Notes under the pieces: model-generated
The model's input: the letters and a program-made list of their open reading frames with translations, nothing else
The model's database searches: none
What the model was told of the DNA's origin: nothing
Part shown: positions 1 to 13,342 of the stretch, piece after piece
How the letters are laid out: every line of letters begins with the position of its first letter
Position numbering within the stretch: position 1 is the stretch's first letter
From: Chrysomallon squamiferum
Lineage: Eukaryota; Animalia; Mollusca
DNA length: 64,000 nucleotides
Direction: 5' to 3'
NCBI GenBank assembly: GCA_012295275.1
Contig: CM022668.1
Coordinates: forward strand, 1,302,001 to 1,366,000
Position numbers and translations under genes: made by a program

Positions 1-146
1 GTGAGAAAAGAAAAAGTAACGATTGTAAAAAATAAAAATAAATAAAATTATTCACAAATGGACAGCAAAATACATTTATTAAAATAAACAGGAAACTAAA
101 TAAATGGACAAAATTTAAAATCAAATCAAACAAAATGAGAACTCAC

Positions 147-399
147 TTCATCCAGATCTCCGTGGAAATTAGAAAATCCATCACAGGATGCAATTGTTAA
201 AGCAGCTTGTCTCTTTTCAATGTCTCCTGCAATACACAACAGAATAATTTAAACAACATAACCTTTTTCTAAGACTAAAGAATATTTTGAAAGTTAATAA
301 ATACTGACAACATTGATTTACAATAATACAACTGAAATAGATCTGAAAAGAAATGTGTCTCTGTTCCTGTAACGATCTCTCTGTCTGTGTGTGTATCTA

Positions 400-435
<36 letters not shown>

Positions 436-3400
436 ATTAATAATGAACATACCAGATAAAGGAACAGATCTAATTAATAATTAACATACCAGACAAAGGA
501 ACAGATCTTTTGGCGCCGTTCACGACTCCTGTCAGGTAGTTACCATCATACTGAAGTTCTATATCATTGAAACCATGTTTCTGTCAGAAAAAAGGAAGCA
601 AATTGTATTTAATACAACATTACTTTTAATGTATTGTTAATAATAATAATACTGAGTTAATATAGACGAGACAGAAAGAGAGAGTGAGTAAAAAAGAAAG
701 AAAAAAGTAAGAAAAAGAAAAGAAAGAAAAGGAAGGTAGACGATTAACTTTACTTACTGCAGCCATAGACAGTATGACGGCTTTAGCGGTATTTCTCGTC
801 TTAAGAGAAAAAATTATTTCTTGGTCGTTGGCAAGTATCATTATAGAAGCGCCACGCTTCATTTTCCCCTCGCAGTTCGCCACTAATGTTTGGTGTTGAC
901 CATGTTGCCATAGTGATCGCATCTTGGAGTTCCATTTCACCTGTCTTCTCAGTCTCCTCGATGTGCCTCTGATAGGAATCAAATCATACTGGAGAGGACC
1001 GATGTACGTACGGTTAACTTGCACGGAGCCTGGTATTACTCGCTGTATTTTAACTTTACTGCCACCAAATATTCTGCCCTCTGCTCCGCCTCCTCCAGTA
1101 TTTCCAGCCCCGAAGCCGGGTTGTGTTTGGGTTTTAACTTTTATTTTATGTAGGCCTGGTGGAAATCCACTGCCCGTCCTAACTTGACCTTTAGAATCAA
1201 CAACCGTCCATTGTGAATTTGAAGTTAGTTTAGACAAGATGTCAGCAGGGATAGTTCCTGTGCCAGTTTTCACTCTACCGTCTTCTAAGACAAAAGACCA
1301 TCTAGAAAATATTTTACCACTTTCTGCGCCAGCACCGTCATTCCTGTTTCTGGCTGTATTAGCCGAGAAAGCAGAACCATCCAGTAATTCTGGAGGAATC
1401 TCACCAACTCCTCTTATAGGTTTTCCGTCTGGACTCAAAACAGTCCATCGCGTGGAGGCACCCTGGATTTTCTGCAGCACGTCTGTGGGTATTGGTCCTG
1501 TTCCTGTTCGCGATGAACCATCCGGTAGCGTAATTGTCCACTGCTTTTGTATTTTCGCGTTATGTACACCAGGAACGGAACTGCTTCCGCGAACAGGTTT
1601 TCCTTGACTTAACTGTCCAGGCTTGGTATTAATTTGTTGTAGTATGTTTTGTGGGATGGAACCTTTGCCAGATTTGACTGAGTGATCTGGCAGAGTAATC
1701 GCCCACCTCACTCGCTGACCGCGAACTTTCTGGAGAACGTCTTGTGGAATCGACCCAGATCCAGAACGAACTGACCCGTCTTGCAGAGCTATCGACCAGC
1801 TTCCAGGAGACATGACGCTCTTCTGGACAACTCCGCCTATTAAGGAACCAAACTGGGACGCGTTTGTTTTTCCTGTTTTTCGTTTCACACCATTAGTCAG
1901 TTTAAGAATGTGTGCTGGGATGTTTCCAGTCCCACTTTTCTTAAAACCGCGCGGCGTCATTATCATCCACTCTCTTACATTGTTTAGAAATTGTTCAGGA
2001 ATTTCCTCAATCCCAGTGTGAACCTTCCCGTTTGAAAGTACTATTCTCCAGAACGTCATTACTGGTTTCTTTGTGACAGTTTCAGGAGGTTTGACGAAAG
2101 GTCTAATGTCTGGAGCGGAGTCATCAATTAAATGACGTGGAAGAGAACCAGATCCAGTTTGAGTCGTTCCGTCAGACAGTGTAACGACCCACTGTGTGAC
2201 TCTGTTAAGCACTCTAGCAGGGATATTTCCAGTACCCGTTTCTACAGTTCCATCGGAATGTGTAATTCGCCATACTTTTTGGCGCGTTATTTTTTTTGGT
2301 TGGATTGGTCTGTCATTAATTCGTGTTGTGCCTCTCAGAGCACGCGCCATAACATCAGTTGGTATAGCACCTGACCCTGTTTGTACCTTGCCGCCCGATG
2401 AAATAATTTGCCATCTGATAGTTCCACCTATTGTCATCTTCATTATTATTGCTCCTTTACTTTTCCCTGATCGTATCGCTTCTACAACAATTGCTGGTGC
2501 TCGACCAGTTCCTGATTTACCATGAGAACCATCAGCATTGATAATTAACCATTTCTCAAGATTAGGGCCGCTGTGAGGAACATGTTTGGTTTTAATGATT
2601 GTTTGAGAAGTAGTCTTTGGCGTTGTCGTTGTTACACTTTGAGGATCAATGAGAAACTGAATCCTGTAGAAGATATCAGAGGGGACAACACCAGAACCTT
2701 GGTCTCGCACCACACCGTCCGGATCTACCAGCTTCCATCCCGAGGTTTGTCCATTGAAACCTATTCGTTTTAGAACCGTCCATGATGTTCTGTATCCAAC
2801 ATTCTCATCTGAAGGTACTGAGTCACCAAATCCAGACTGGACTATTTTGCCATTCTTAATCATGTACCATTCCTTTAAATACTCTGAATATTTGCCGCCA
2901 GTTTCAGGATTCGTTTTAACTAGGTCTAAAGGAAATTTTCCCGTTCCAGTTCTAGTTCTTCCATCCGGTGTTTTAATGGTCCATGTAACACGTTCTTTTT
3001 CGACTGACTTAACAATGTAGCGCGGTATACTGCCGACGCCTGTGTGAACAGTTCCGTCAGACATGATTACTTTCCACTGGATTCCGACCTGAGTTTTGTT
3101 ATGAATTTTTATGTTTGATTCATAGGAAAACTGGTTCTGTAACTGCTTTAGAACATCTGTCGGAATCGAGCCACGTCCTGTGTGCACTACTTGACCAAAC
3201 GAATTTATAATTTCCCATTTCCCTTCTCTGCCTTGTGAATCAACTCTCTGTCTTACCAGAGAACCTTTTATTTTGCCTTCCGCTAAATGTCTGAGAACTG
3301 AAGCAGGAGGGTTGCCAAAACCTGACTTTATTGCATTTCCGCCTGGTCCAATGATAAACCACACCAAACCACCATTTGGGTGTTTGACGCTGGTGATATA

Positions 3401-6026
3401 TTGCAGTATGACATCTCGGGTTAATATTCCGCTGCCTGATTTGACTATTTTCCCATCAGACCCAATGATGTTCCATTTTCCACTACCTCCATTTGAAGGA
3501 AGCACACGAGTGACTAAAATGCCTTTGAGAGTTTCTCGTTGAAGTTCTTGTAATATTTGTTTTGGTATTTTACCATTTCCTGATTTGCTCAATTTTCCAT
3601 CAGTGGTATAAAGATACCAAACTTCATTGGTTCCGTCTCCTGGACCAAAATTTGCAATCAATTTTAAAACAGTTTGGTCAGTTTGTCCTGAACCAGTTTG
3701 AAGAACATTTCCGTCAAGCCCTAATATCTGCCAAACTGTACCTTGGGGTGAAACGATCTCTCGGCCAAGTGATCCGTGTATTCTTCCATCTCTGATCCCC
3801 TCGATGACTGATTTAGGAACTTCTCCTGTGCCAGTCTGAATGATTCTACCTTGCAGATCGACCACAAACCATAGAGTATGGTTTACATTAGTCGACAGTC
3901 CTTCTTCTCGGTATCGCAGATGAGTAATTACATCTTGTGGAACATGTCCAGTTCCCGTCAATTTTACATTCCCATACCTGTCAAGCACCATCCATTTCTT
4001 TGGGACACCATTATATCCTAATACTTCTTTGACAATAAAGCCACGGATGATTCCATGCTGTAATTGTTCTTGTATATCTAGTGGAATATCTCCTTCCCCA
4101 GATGTAATTACAGTTCCATCATTTGCATAAATATACCATTTCAGTAGTACGTTACCGTTTGGTTTGAAGTTTGCTATCTGCATCATTGTTTGTCCGGTTA
4201 TTGGCCCAAACCCGGAATGTAACACACTGCCATCCAAACCAATAATCTGCCAAATCGTTGTTCCGTCCACAGTGGACACAATCTGCCTGGCAAGAGTGCC
4301 AGTGATGGTTCCTTGCTGCAGGGCTCGAAATATATCAATAGGTATTTGTCCATAACCTGATCTTGTCACTTGTCCATTGGCTCCAATAATCATCCACATG
4401 GTCTGACCACCTCCATTGTCGCCAACGCCAGTACCGTCCATCTTGTACCTTATCCTTATGGTCAGTTTTTGTCCGAAGTCTGTGCCAGAAAATGACGGAA
4501 TGGTCATCTTACTTGTTCCATCAAAATGACCGACACCATGACCTATGATTTTCACTCCTTCTGCTACTGCCTCTATGTTGTTTCCTGAGCTGTCCTTGGT
4601 GTTCTGATCAAACGTGTAGTGGACCGTGGGGAGACAGGCTGCAACAGGAAACCTCACAATAAACACACAATCGTTTGATAATAAGTAGCACAGTTTTAAT
4701 AATAAACTTTATATATATTTAGTATTATTATTATTACTAGTGGTAGTAAAAGTAGCATTAGTAGTATAGTAATAGAGGTAGAAGTACAAACAACTGTAAA
4801 ACAAAGAAAATGTTTATGTTTTTGAAGACTGTTGGCTTTAAAAGTTAATAAACTACTACTACTACTACTACTATTATTATTATTATTTTACACACGGTAA
4901 AGTGTTCATGCTTACGTCCATTCGAACTGGTGTCCGTATCTTTGATACAGCTGCAGTGTGGGTAACTGAAAACTGTGCCGGGTGCGCATGGGCGGACCAT
5001 ACTTCCGTGACCCGGGATGCTCTGAACAAACTTCCGTTTGTCTTTGTGAGCCTTTAGCAAACACGTATCTGACAAGAGACGTTTTTAATCTGGTTATACA
5101 CACATCTGACAACTTTTAGTTCATAGTTATTTATAGCGAAGAAGTTGTGACAGATATTTCAGATGAGAAACATACATTTCATCGAATACAAAATGAAACA
5201 GCCTAACATGTTAGAATTTTACTAGTCGATCGCTGAATGAATGAATGAATAATATATGTATATATGTATGTATGTATGCATGCATGAATGTATGTATGTA
5301 TGTATTATACATGTATGTGTATATCTGTGTGTGTATATATATATACATATACACAAACACACATATACAAACGTGTACGCACACACAGATACACGCATAG
5401 ACACACAAACACACACATACATAGATATATGTATGTACATCATTATGCAGTTTTGTATCTTTGAAGGTAAAACAAGCGACCTGTGACTGATTAACGGTTG
5501 AACTATAAATCTCACTTTTTAGATTTTCTGTTGATACGGGAGGACAGTCGTCTCGACATGAGGAGTCTTGGATACACCCCATCTGATAGACGAACCGTGA
5601 CCCCTGGGGGCAGCACATCGGCACTGAATGACTCTCCTGACAAATGAGATAAGATCGACACCCATAGCCTCGATATGGGTGAATTTGATTTTCAGTGCTG
5701 TTAAGACATTTGTCTGAAATGTGACGTAAATATGATTATTTCAAACATTTACTGAGATTAACAGAATGAAACAAGTGTAGAGGTTCATTTATGTAAACTA
5801 GATATATATTTTATTTCTTCCTAATCCAACGTATGTTAATAATAAATTATGATAATTAAATATAAAATAAATAACAAAAAATACAACATAAACAAAGAAG
5901 CAGGAAGGTGGTTCATATATTGTCTTTTCTTTTGTTTAAAAAATAAGATAAAATAATAATAATAAAAATGAAAATAATAATAATAAAAAAATAATAATAA
6001 TAAAAATAATGATGATAATAAAAATG

Positions 6027-6067
<41 letters not shown>

Positions 6068-6662
6068 AATAGATAAATAAATTATTCTGTTTAAGAAATA
6101 AGTCAAAGATTTTCAGTGGCTTTCTATAGTAATACTATATTACTATTATTATTATTATTTATGGAAATCTAAAATGATAATAATAAAGAGGATTGTGAAA
6201 ACATTCAGTCGGGTTTACCTGCCGCGCAGTCCACTTCCTCTGCCGGCCTGCACGTGACAGAGTCGCGATCCCAGAAGAGCCCGAATGGGCAGCGCTTGAT
6301 GAGTGCTCGGAACCTCGTCTCGTCTCGGTAACACTGGATGTACTTGCTGCAGTCTCCGGGGTAGGGATTGTAACCTATTCCGTTGTCAATTTTACACCCA
6401 CTACATAATTCTGCAATAACATTAAGACATTCGTGTTATATAGTTTTGCATCATCACTGCATTAGTGTAAACTGTTTTCTTTACTATCTGTCTTGTTACC
6501 GTAAAGTCTGGGGAGGCATCAGTAACATGCACCGGCTTTGAGCCCACTCTGGCTTAGACAAAAGGCGATCTCGAATTTCTTGCCCAATTCTACGTGATTT
6601 TTGTATTCATACTTATGAAGGTGCTATCGACTGAGCAATATTTCTACTTTGGAAATATGAGA

Positions 6663-6709
<47 letters not shown>

Positions 6710-7407
6710 ATACATACTCTCCGACGCACACACACACACGTACAGAACGGAGTGTTGCATGACACTCAGTCGTCTAACAAATGGGAGTCTGACACCTCTA
6801 AGTTGTGTACTTTACTTACGTGGAATGTTCGGAGCCGGTGTTGTTGTTATAGTCGGCGGTGGTGTTATAGTCGTTGTTATAGCTAAAACAAAACAACAGA
6901 AAATTATCCAGAAAAAGTGCCTCGCGTTTTCTACAGTTATTTTTATTATTACTGAACTATGTTGTTACTAATAAATTAATATATTCAACCTTGGGTTCGA
7001 TCACAAAACGTATATAATATATAGTAAACAAAAATATGAAATAAGAAAACAAAAAATAAAACAAAAAAATAGATAAATAAAATTTATTTTTTAAAGTAAC
7101 TCAAAGAAAACAAATAGACGTACACAATTTTGTTACTCTATAAAACAAAGTTATGATGAAATTTTAAGTATGAACCACTTTGAAAATAGGTACCTCAAGG
7201 ACATCACAAACATCTGTTTCTTTAAATTATGCTATTTCATCATTATCATCATCGTTACTATTATTATTATTACTATTACTATTATTATTATTATTATTAT
7301 TATTAGTTTTTTATTCATTATTATTATCACTATTTCTATAATTATTATTATTGTTGTTATAATTGCTACTACTACTATTACTACTATTAAACTACTACTA
7401 CTACTAC

Positions 7408-7464
<57 letters not shown>

Positions 7465-9572
7465 TAAAGCACTGACCAGTACAAATAAGATCTTTCATGA
7501 CGTTCACGAGACCAAACAGAGCGTTGAAATCAGCAACTGGAAACACTTTTCTTCTGGAAGAAGCGATGTTGATGAGTTCATCAGTCATGGCGTGAGAGCT
7601 GATTCCTACAGCAATCATGATGATTCCCTCGTCTTTTGCAGCTTTGGCCTGGGCTTGGGTCTTGTCGGTGTAGTCGCTTTGGCCGTCTGTTATCACTATG
7701 GCAATCTGGGGAACCCCTTCAGAACGCCGACCTTGTGACGTCATCATTTCACGTACTTTCGCGATTCCCTTGTTAGTGTTCGTCCCAAAACCTGGTTGTT
7801 TCAAAGTTTTCGTCAGCTGCACAAGCGTCCTTTTGTCCTTGAATGGCATCAGCGGAACGACGTCGCCTATGAAGGTGCTAAAGACGACTATACCAACGTG
7901 AATGGTTTCCGGATGAATATGCAGACTGTTGATGAGAGTTGCCACGAAGTGCTTCTGTTTGATCCAGTTGTGATCCTCGATGCTGTGCGATGCGTCGAGA
8001 AGAAAGACAATGTCAGCAGGCATGTCACACGCGATATCTGTAACATTGTACACTTCAGTCAGTTCTTTCATGTACACACTGACTCCATACACACTCAACT
8101 CATACGTACGTATATATATATATATATATATACGCACGCACACACACACACATTAATTCATTCATTAATTTATTTATATTATTTTCAAAAAGAGGATAAA
8201 ATTTGTACTCTATATTTTACCGGTTTTTTATTTTTTATTTTTTTATTTTGATTTTTTTCAATTGTTTAACAGAATTACACGTTTATTATATACTGAACCT
8301 GGTGGAGGAATCAGTGTTACTGTCGTTGTTGAGGCAGTGGTCGTTGTTGTCATGACAGTTGTACTGCGCTCTGTAAACAGAATAATTTGCACGTAATTAT
8401 TAGAAGAAGAAAAGTATAAAAGAAAAAGAAAAACAGAAAAAGAAATTCATAAAGCTATAAAGCCAAAAAATTATATAAACCGCTTTTTTTTTTGCTTTTT
8501 TCTCTACAGATCTGGATTCTTAAAAAAAAAAAAAAAAAAAATCCTCGTTAATTTCCAAGATTAGATCCGCTGTGAAATAATTTAATTTAAAACCACAAAT
8601 AAATAAAAATAAAAATAAAAATAAAAATAACCTGAACAGATCATGTCTCTGATGAAGTACACCAAGTTTGGCAAACTTCTGAAGTCCTTGACGCTGAAGG
8701 CGTGACCTTCTGATGCGATGTCGTTCACTTCAGTAATGAACAGACGTGCAACTCCGACAGCGATCATCGTGATCCCTTCCTGTTTAGCTAGCAACGCTTC
8801 CTGTTTGGTTTCCGCGGGCAGACTTGACTTTCCGTCTGTAACAACAATTCCAAAGTGAGGCTTGTTCGGTCTGCCTTGGCTTCGCAACATCATCCTCAGC
8901 GACTTTATACCCAGCGCCGTGTTGGTGTCGTCTCGAGGTTGTGTCAGATTGCGAACCATTCTCTTAATCGTCTCTTTGTCCTTGTACGGATTCAGACTAA
9001 TGATGTCGCCGATGAATCTGCTGAAGACGACAGCGCCGGCGTGGACAGCGTATGGTTGGATATCAAATGAGTCGACTAACATTTCAACGAAAGTTTTCAC
9101 GTAATTCCAGTCCTCGGACTCGATGCTCAAACTGCCGTCGAGAAGAAAAACCACGTCAGCCGGCGCGTCGCATTTACTTACTGAGAAAAACAGAATAATT
9201 TAATATAAAAAACAACTGAATAAGTTATTATAATAAATAAAAACTGACTGACAAACGTTTAATTAAATAACGTTTTCTCTAATTAATTAGATTAATCAAT
9301 ATTCGAACTAAAAATAACATCTGATAATAATGAACTCATGAATATTTTATAGGATATCGCAGGACACCATCTACAGCAAATTGAACTTTGTCTACAATTA
9401 ACTTCTAAGACAAAATATTTATCAACTTTAAAAATTACTGTTTTAAGTGAGTGCAGTTGTTTTCTGCTTTTAACACTAAGATTATAAAAAAGTTGATATA
9501 AAAAATATTACTTTGACAGTTGACGGTGCTGAACGTTAACGCCAGGAGCGTCAAAATGAAATGTGCGCCCAT
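147..9572 (-). CDS. Pif/BMSP-like shell matrix protein (SP-VWA-VWA-chitin-binding type 2/Cys-rich-split laminin G with large repeat insert); 3' end lies beyond the left edge of the window
   Basis: Coding exons with GT-AG ends and matching phases: 9572-9512 (MGAHFILTLLALTFSTVNCQ, signal peptide), 9180-8632 (VWA1, DGSLS...TDG MIDAS), 8370-8299 (Thr-rich), 8037-7477 (VWA2, DASHS...TDG), 6882-6820 (Thr/Pro), 6410-6219 (YPGDCSKYIQC...CPFGLFWD...C, peritrophin-A/ChtBD2), 5713-5516 and 5068-4916 (Cys-rich, CAPGTVF), 4638-758 (LamG N-half CLPTVHYTFD..KDSSGN, insert, start of C-half), 580-490 (IELQYDGNYLTGVVNG), 226-147 (FSNFHGDLDE). Total 5901 nt = 1967 codons with no stop in the window. VWA+ChtBD2+LamG is the known Pif/BMSP architecture. 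Confidence 0.9.
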
Positions 9573-10835
9573 GTTTCTTGTGATAACCTGGAAAAACAGA
9601 AGTCTTTATGTCAGAGATTAGAAACAGCAGCAGCAGCAGCAGTAACAACTACGACATCAGAATTAAAGTAATATATATTAAAATACAGTTAACAGGTAGT
9701 TTGTGACGTCATCACTGAGGTGAACGTCGTGACCTGTCAGGCTGATGTTTACTGCGGAGATGAAAACTGCTTCATCCTGTTTTCTGTCTCTTTGATCCAA
9801 GCATCGCCTCACTTTCACTCAGCAAGCTGCACATCTCTCACAAACCTCATCCGCTCTTCGTGCAGCAGCCAGTTTAAAAACAGTTACTAAAAACACTTCA
9901 GTTTGTAATGATACTTTTACTACTACGATGTTTACTGTTACACTGTTATTATGTTTTAGTTGTTCAGCCATGTTACTTTATTAACAGAATTACTGCTGCT
10001 ACCAGTCAACTATTTTACATTTTAACAATATTACTGACGCTAGATTTGTCAATAACAATATTATTCAGTCGTCCATTTCTTCTATTTTTCATTTAGTACT
10101 CAATGGCTAGTTTAACCAAATTAATGCTGGGTACTTTCATGCTTTGCTGAAACTATTTGTAATAGTAGCCCAAAAGTGTAGGCTGTAGATTTCCTTTTTT
10201 TTTTTTTTTTTTTTTTTATATTATAATTAAAAACTATCTCACCTATTTTTGAATTTCTGAAACAAATGTTAATTTATATTACTCAGTGATAATAAAGATT
10301 CTATTATAGCTACTAAAATAGTGCTATCCTTAAAGTGACTACAACAAAACACAGTGGCGACGTACACTCACTGACAAAGTTTGGTGGTGTGAGTTCAGTT
10401 TTAACTGATAGAGCCAGAGCGTGCTTCATCCTGTTTCAGGATTATCACTCAGAGAAGTTTAGTCACGGTAAATGTGGGAGAATAATGATAAAATATATTT
10501 ACTAATAACTTTAAATTTGTTCTGCCAGCTAATATTATTAATATTAGCTTTGTCTTTTCTTTCTTTTTTCTTTATTGTTTTCTCTTTCTCTCTTTCCACG
10601 GGGAATGAGAGAAAGAAACCGAAAGAAAAGAGGAGAGAGATAGAGAAAATTCTGGAAAATGACTTTTCGTTTTTCTTATAAATGTTAAAATTAGTAATAA
10701 TAAATTTACCAAATAATACAGTTACACGATATAAGTCATTAGGTTGTTAAATGTTTAAATGAAATAATAAATGGTATATAAGAGAAGGTTGTCTCATGCA
10801 CTGAGACTCAAAGAAGGATTAGAAAACACACCTAC

Positions 10836-11175
10836 CTCGGATCCCAGTCGAGGATGCTTGTTGACGGGAAGATGTTGAAAATTATAAACATGTCTTCTGA
10901 CTGACGTCACCGCGCATTCCTCCGCATCACGTCGTGTCAGCTGTCTCTGAACAAGCAGAAAGTTGCTCTTTTTTCCACCGCCATTCTGACATCCTCTCAA
11001 ACGAAGACTTTCTTTCACACAGAACGCAGTGAAGTCAGAACCAGTTTCTGTCCGAGACAAGAAGAGGAAACCGGCACAACAAGTTGTGAGACTCTTTCAT
11101 CTGCTCGTGTACTCGTCTTAGCTGCATTCACAGTCGTGTTTTACTTGTCACTGCGAGTACGTCTTTCTCTTTATA
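10836..11175 (-). promoter_or_regulatory. Putative TATA box and non-coding first exon of the Pif/BMSP-like gene
   Basis: Minus-strand TATAAA at 11175-11170, a GC-richer stretch ending in GAG|GTAGGT (donor at 10835), and an acceptor (TTTTTCCAG| at 9588) 15 nt upstream of the ATG, which implies an upstream exon. Linking these sites is inference. Confidence 0.35.
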
Positions 11176-11659
11176 AAAGTCTGAAACACTCCCGGCCTAA
11201 ATCATTTCTATAATTAAACCTGTGAATCTAATCACTCAGCCCCATTTTGAGGTTTTTAAATCAGATGTAGATGATTAGTGATGTCAAAAAACCAAACAAA
11301 CAAAAAACAAGGAAAGGACAAGAAAGAAAGAAAGAAAGAAATAACTTTATTCCAAAAGGTGGTTTGTATGTGAATGAAGGTTTTTGTGATTGGTATTGTT
11401 TTAATGTAATATTTTGATGTATTTTAATACAATATTTAGAAATACCGTTTGTCATTTTTATAAACATAATAGCTGTTTATTTTGAATACATATTCCGAGA
11501 TTCTCCTTGAAAATAATTTTAAAAACCATTTTTTTTTTTTTTATTGCTTTGTTCTCCACCAAATCAGACTCGTTTTATTTGATAATAATTAAATGTGGCT
11601 AATAAAACAAAGTTTATAATGAACGAATGAATGAATGAAAAAAATAAATAAAATAAATA

Positions 11660-12315
11660 TAATGGTACCTGAGACAAGCGGCCACCTGCGATGTAGGGAC
11701 AGTGTTCTCAAGAACCAGTTTGTTTTTCAGTAGATATGACATCTACTGAACGCAGACACGGACAGTATTTTTAAATTATGATTCTAAAGCGGACAGTCAT
11801 GTCGATTTGTTTTCTCCAAAATACGTAATTGTCTTAGCAGCTACACGAGATTTAAAGATGGGGTCGCCTGGTTGTTGCACTGCACAGTGCACGCGTCTTG
11901 TTGTGTCGTGTTTGTCGTTGCACAACTCGCGAACTGAGCGAGTTCATCCCACTGCTATCTGATTTGCATCATTCAATCATTCAATCATTCAACATCATTC
12001 GAGGCACATTTACGTTTTATAAACACCGCTTTTTAATTTAATTTTTTTATTTGCTTATTATCAGTTTTGTGACGTGCAAAATGTTTTGTTTACATCCATC
12101 AATCAACTCGACGTGTTTCCAGTTGTGTTTTAACAGAAAGTCGTGAGGCTTGCTATAGCAACATTTGTTCTGGGTACTGGTGTGTGCACATGAATAACAT
12201 TTGTAAATATGTTCAAAACACCGACTGTAATGTTGTCTCTCTGGTGAAGAGACACCTGCGATTAAGGGACATTTTGCTCGGTCACACAGGTGTCCCTGCA
12301 AGACAGGTACCTGTG
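11660..12315. mobile_element. Degenerate non-autonomous Tc1/mariner-superfamily element (MITE)
   Basis: Left end TA|TAATGGTACCTGAGACAAGCGGCCACCTG; reverse complement of right end TA|CACAGGTACCTGTCTTGCAGGGACACCTG. Subterminal repeat CACCTGCGAT..AGGGACA at ~11683 and ~12253. TA on both flanks, no ORF. Confidence 0.5.
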
Positions 12316-12346
<31 letters not shown>

Positions 12347-13342
12347 ATACTACTACTACTACTACTACTAATAATAATAATAATATTGTGTTTTTCCATA
12401 ATTTGTGTAGTTCAGCTTCAAACCGAATATAACACACACACACACGCACTCATACATTGACACATGCAATATTAAAACGATTAAAAATAATTAATGACCA
12501 GTAGAGTTTATATCTGTTTATTTACATATCATTTCTTGTATATTAGTCCATTTCATTATATATTACCCATTTATACAGTTTGAGTATACAGAAATTGTTA
12601 TAATAAAAGTAATCTAGAATATGGAAGACTTGGATTGCACCTGTGAGAATTAATATTCCTTAACAAAAAACAAACATACAAACAAACAAACAAACGAACG
12701 AACAAAAAACAAAACAAAACAAAAAAACATCGTTACATTATAAATGCATTAAATATATCTTGTAAGATGACATATTTCGTCATGAAGTATATTCATTATG
12801 ATGCTGAAATGACAGTCAGTAACACATATTGCTGTAATGTCAAGTAATTATCATTAAAACGAATAGTACCTCCATGCATAGATGTTGGACAATATCACAT
12901 GGGGCCTGTAGACAGTGTGTAAACAGAAATATGTAGACAGTGTTGTGTAAACACAAACATGTAAACAGTGTTGTGTAAACAGAGACTAAGTTGTTATGAA
13001 AACAATGAGAGATACAGACAATGTTGTATACAAACAGATTGAGAAAATGTAAACAAACAATGAGGCACATAGACAACGTTTTGTTAAGAAATCAAATGTG
13101 TTTGGAGGCAAGGGTAAATATAATCTTATTTCACAAATATATAACACATGTACATTATACTGAAGGTCACTTTTCAGTTCATAACAATAATTTATTAAAG
13201 CCGCATATTCACACTTTCTTTTCAGTTCACAAACTAACTGAATTCAACAATGTGATAAAAACAAGGCAACAGTAAACGCACTGTTTTAAATATAAAATAT
13301 GAATATCCAGCAGCACGTTTTACGTCTACTTTGGCGCTGTGA

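Noticed and set aside
924-4355. Many plus-strand ORFs opposite the large exon
   Set aside because: Antisense shadows of a Gly/Thr/Pro-rich coding exon with no independent coding features.
626-4666. 1346-aa ORF as a standalone gene with a C-terminal hydrophobic tail
   Set aside because: It is an internal exon (4638-758). The ORF start is non-ATG intronic sequence and the F/L-rich tail is intron read-through past the GTAAGT donor at 757.
5211-7475. ORFs rich in I/L/N/V/C/Y/H runs here and throughout (e.g. 26250-26510, 32902-33171, 60518-60772)
   Set aside because: Translations of (AAT)n, (TG)n and (TATG)n microsatellites, or exon read-through into them.
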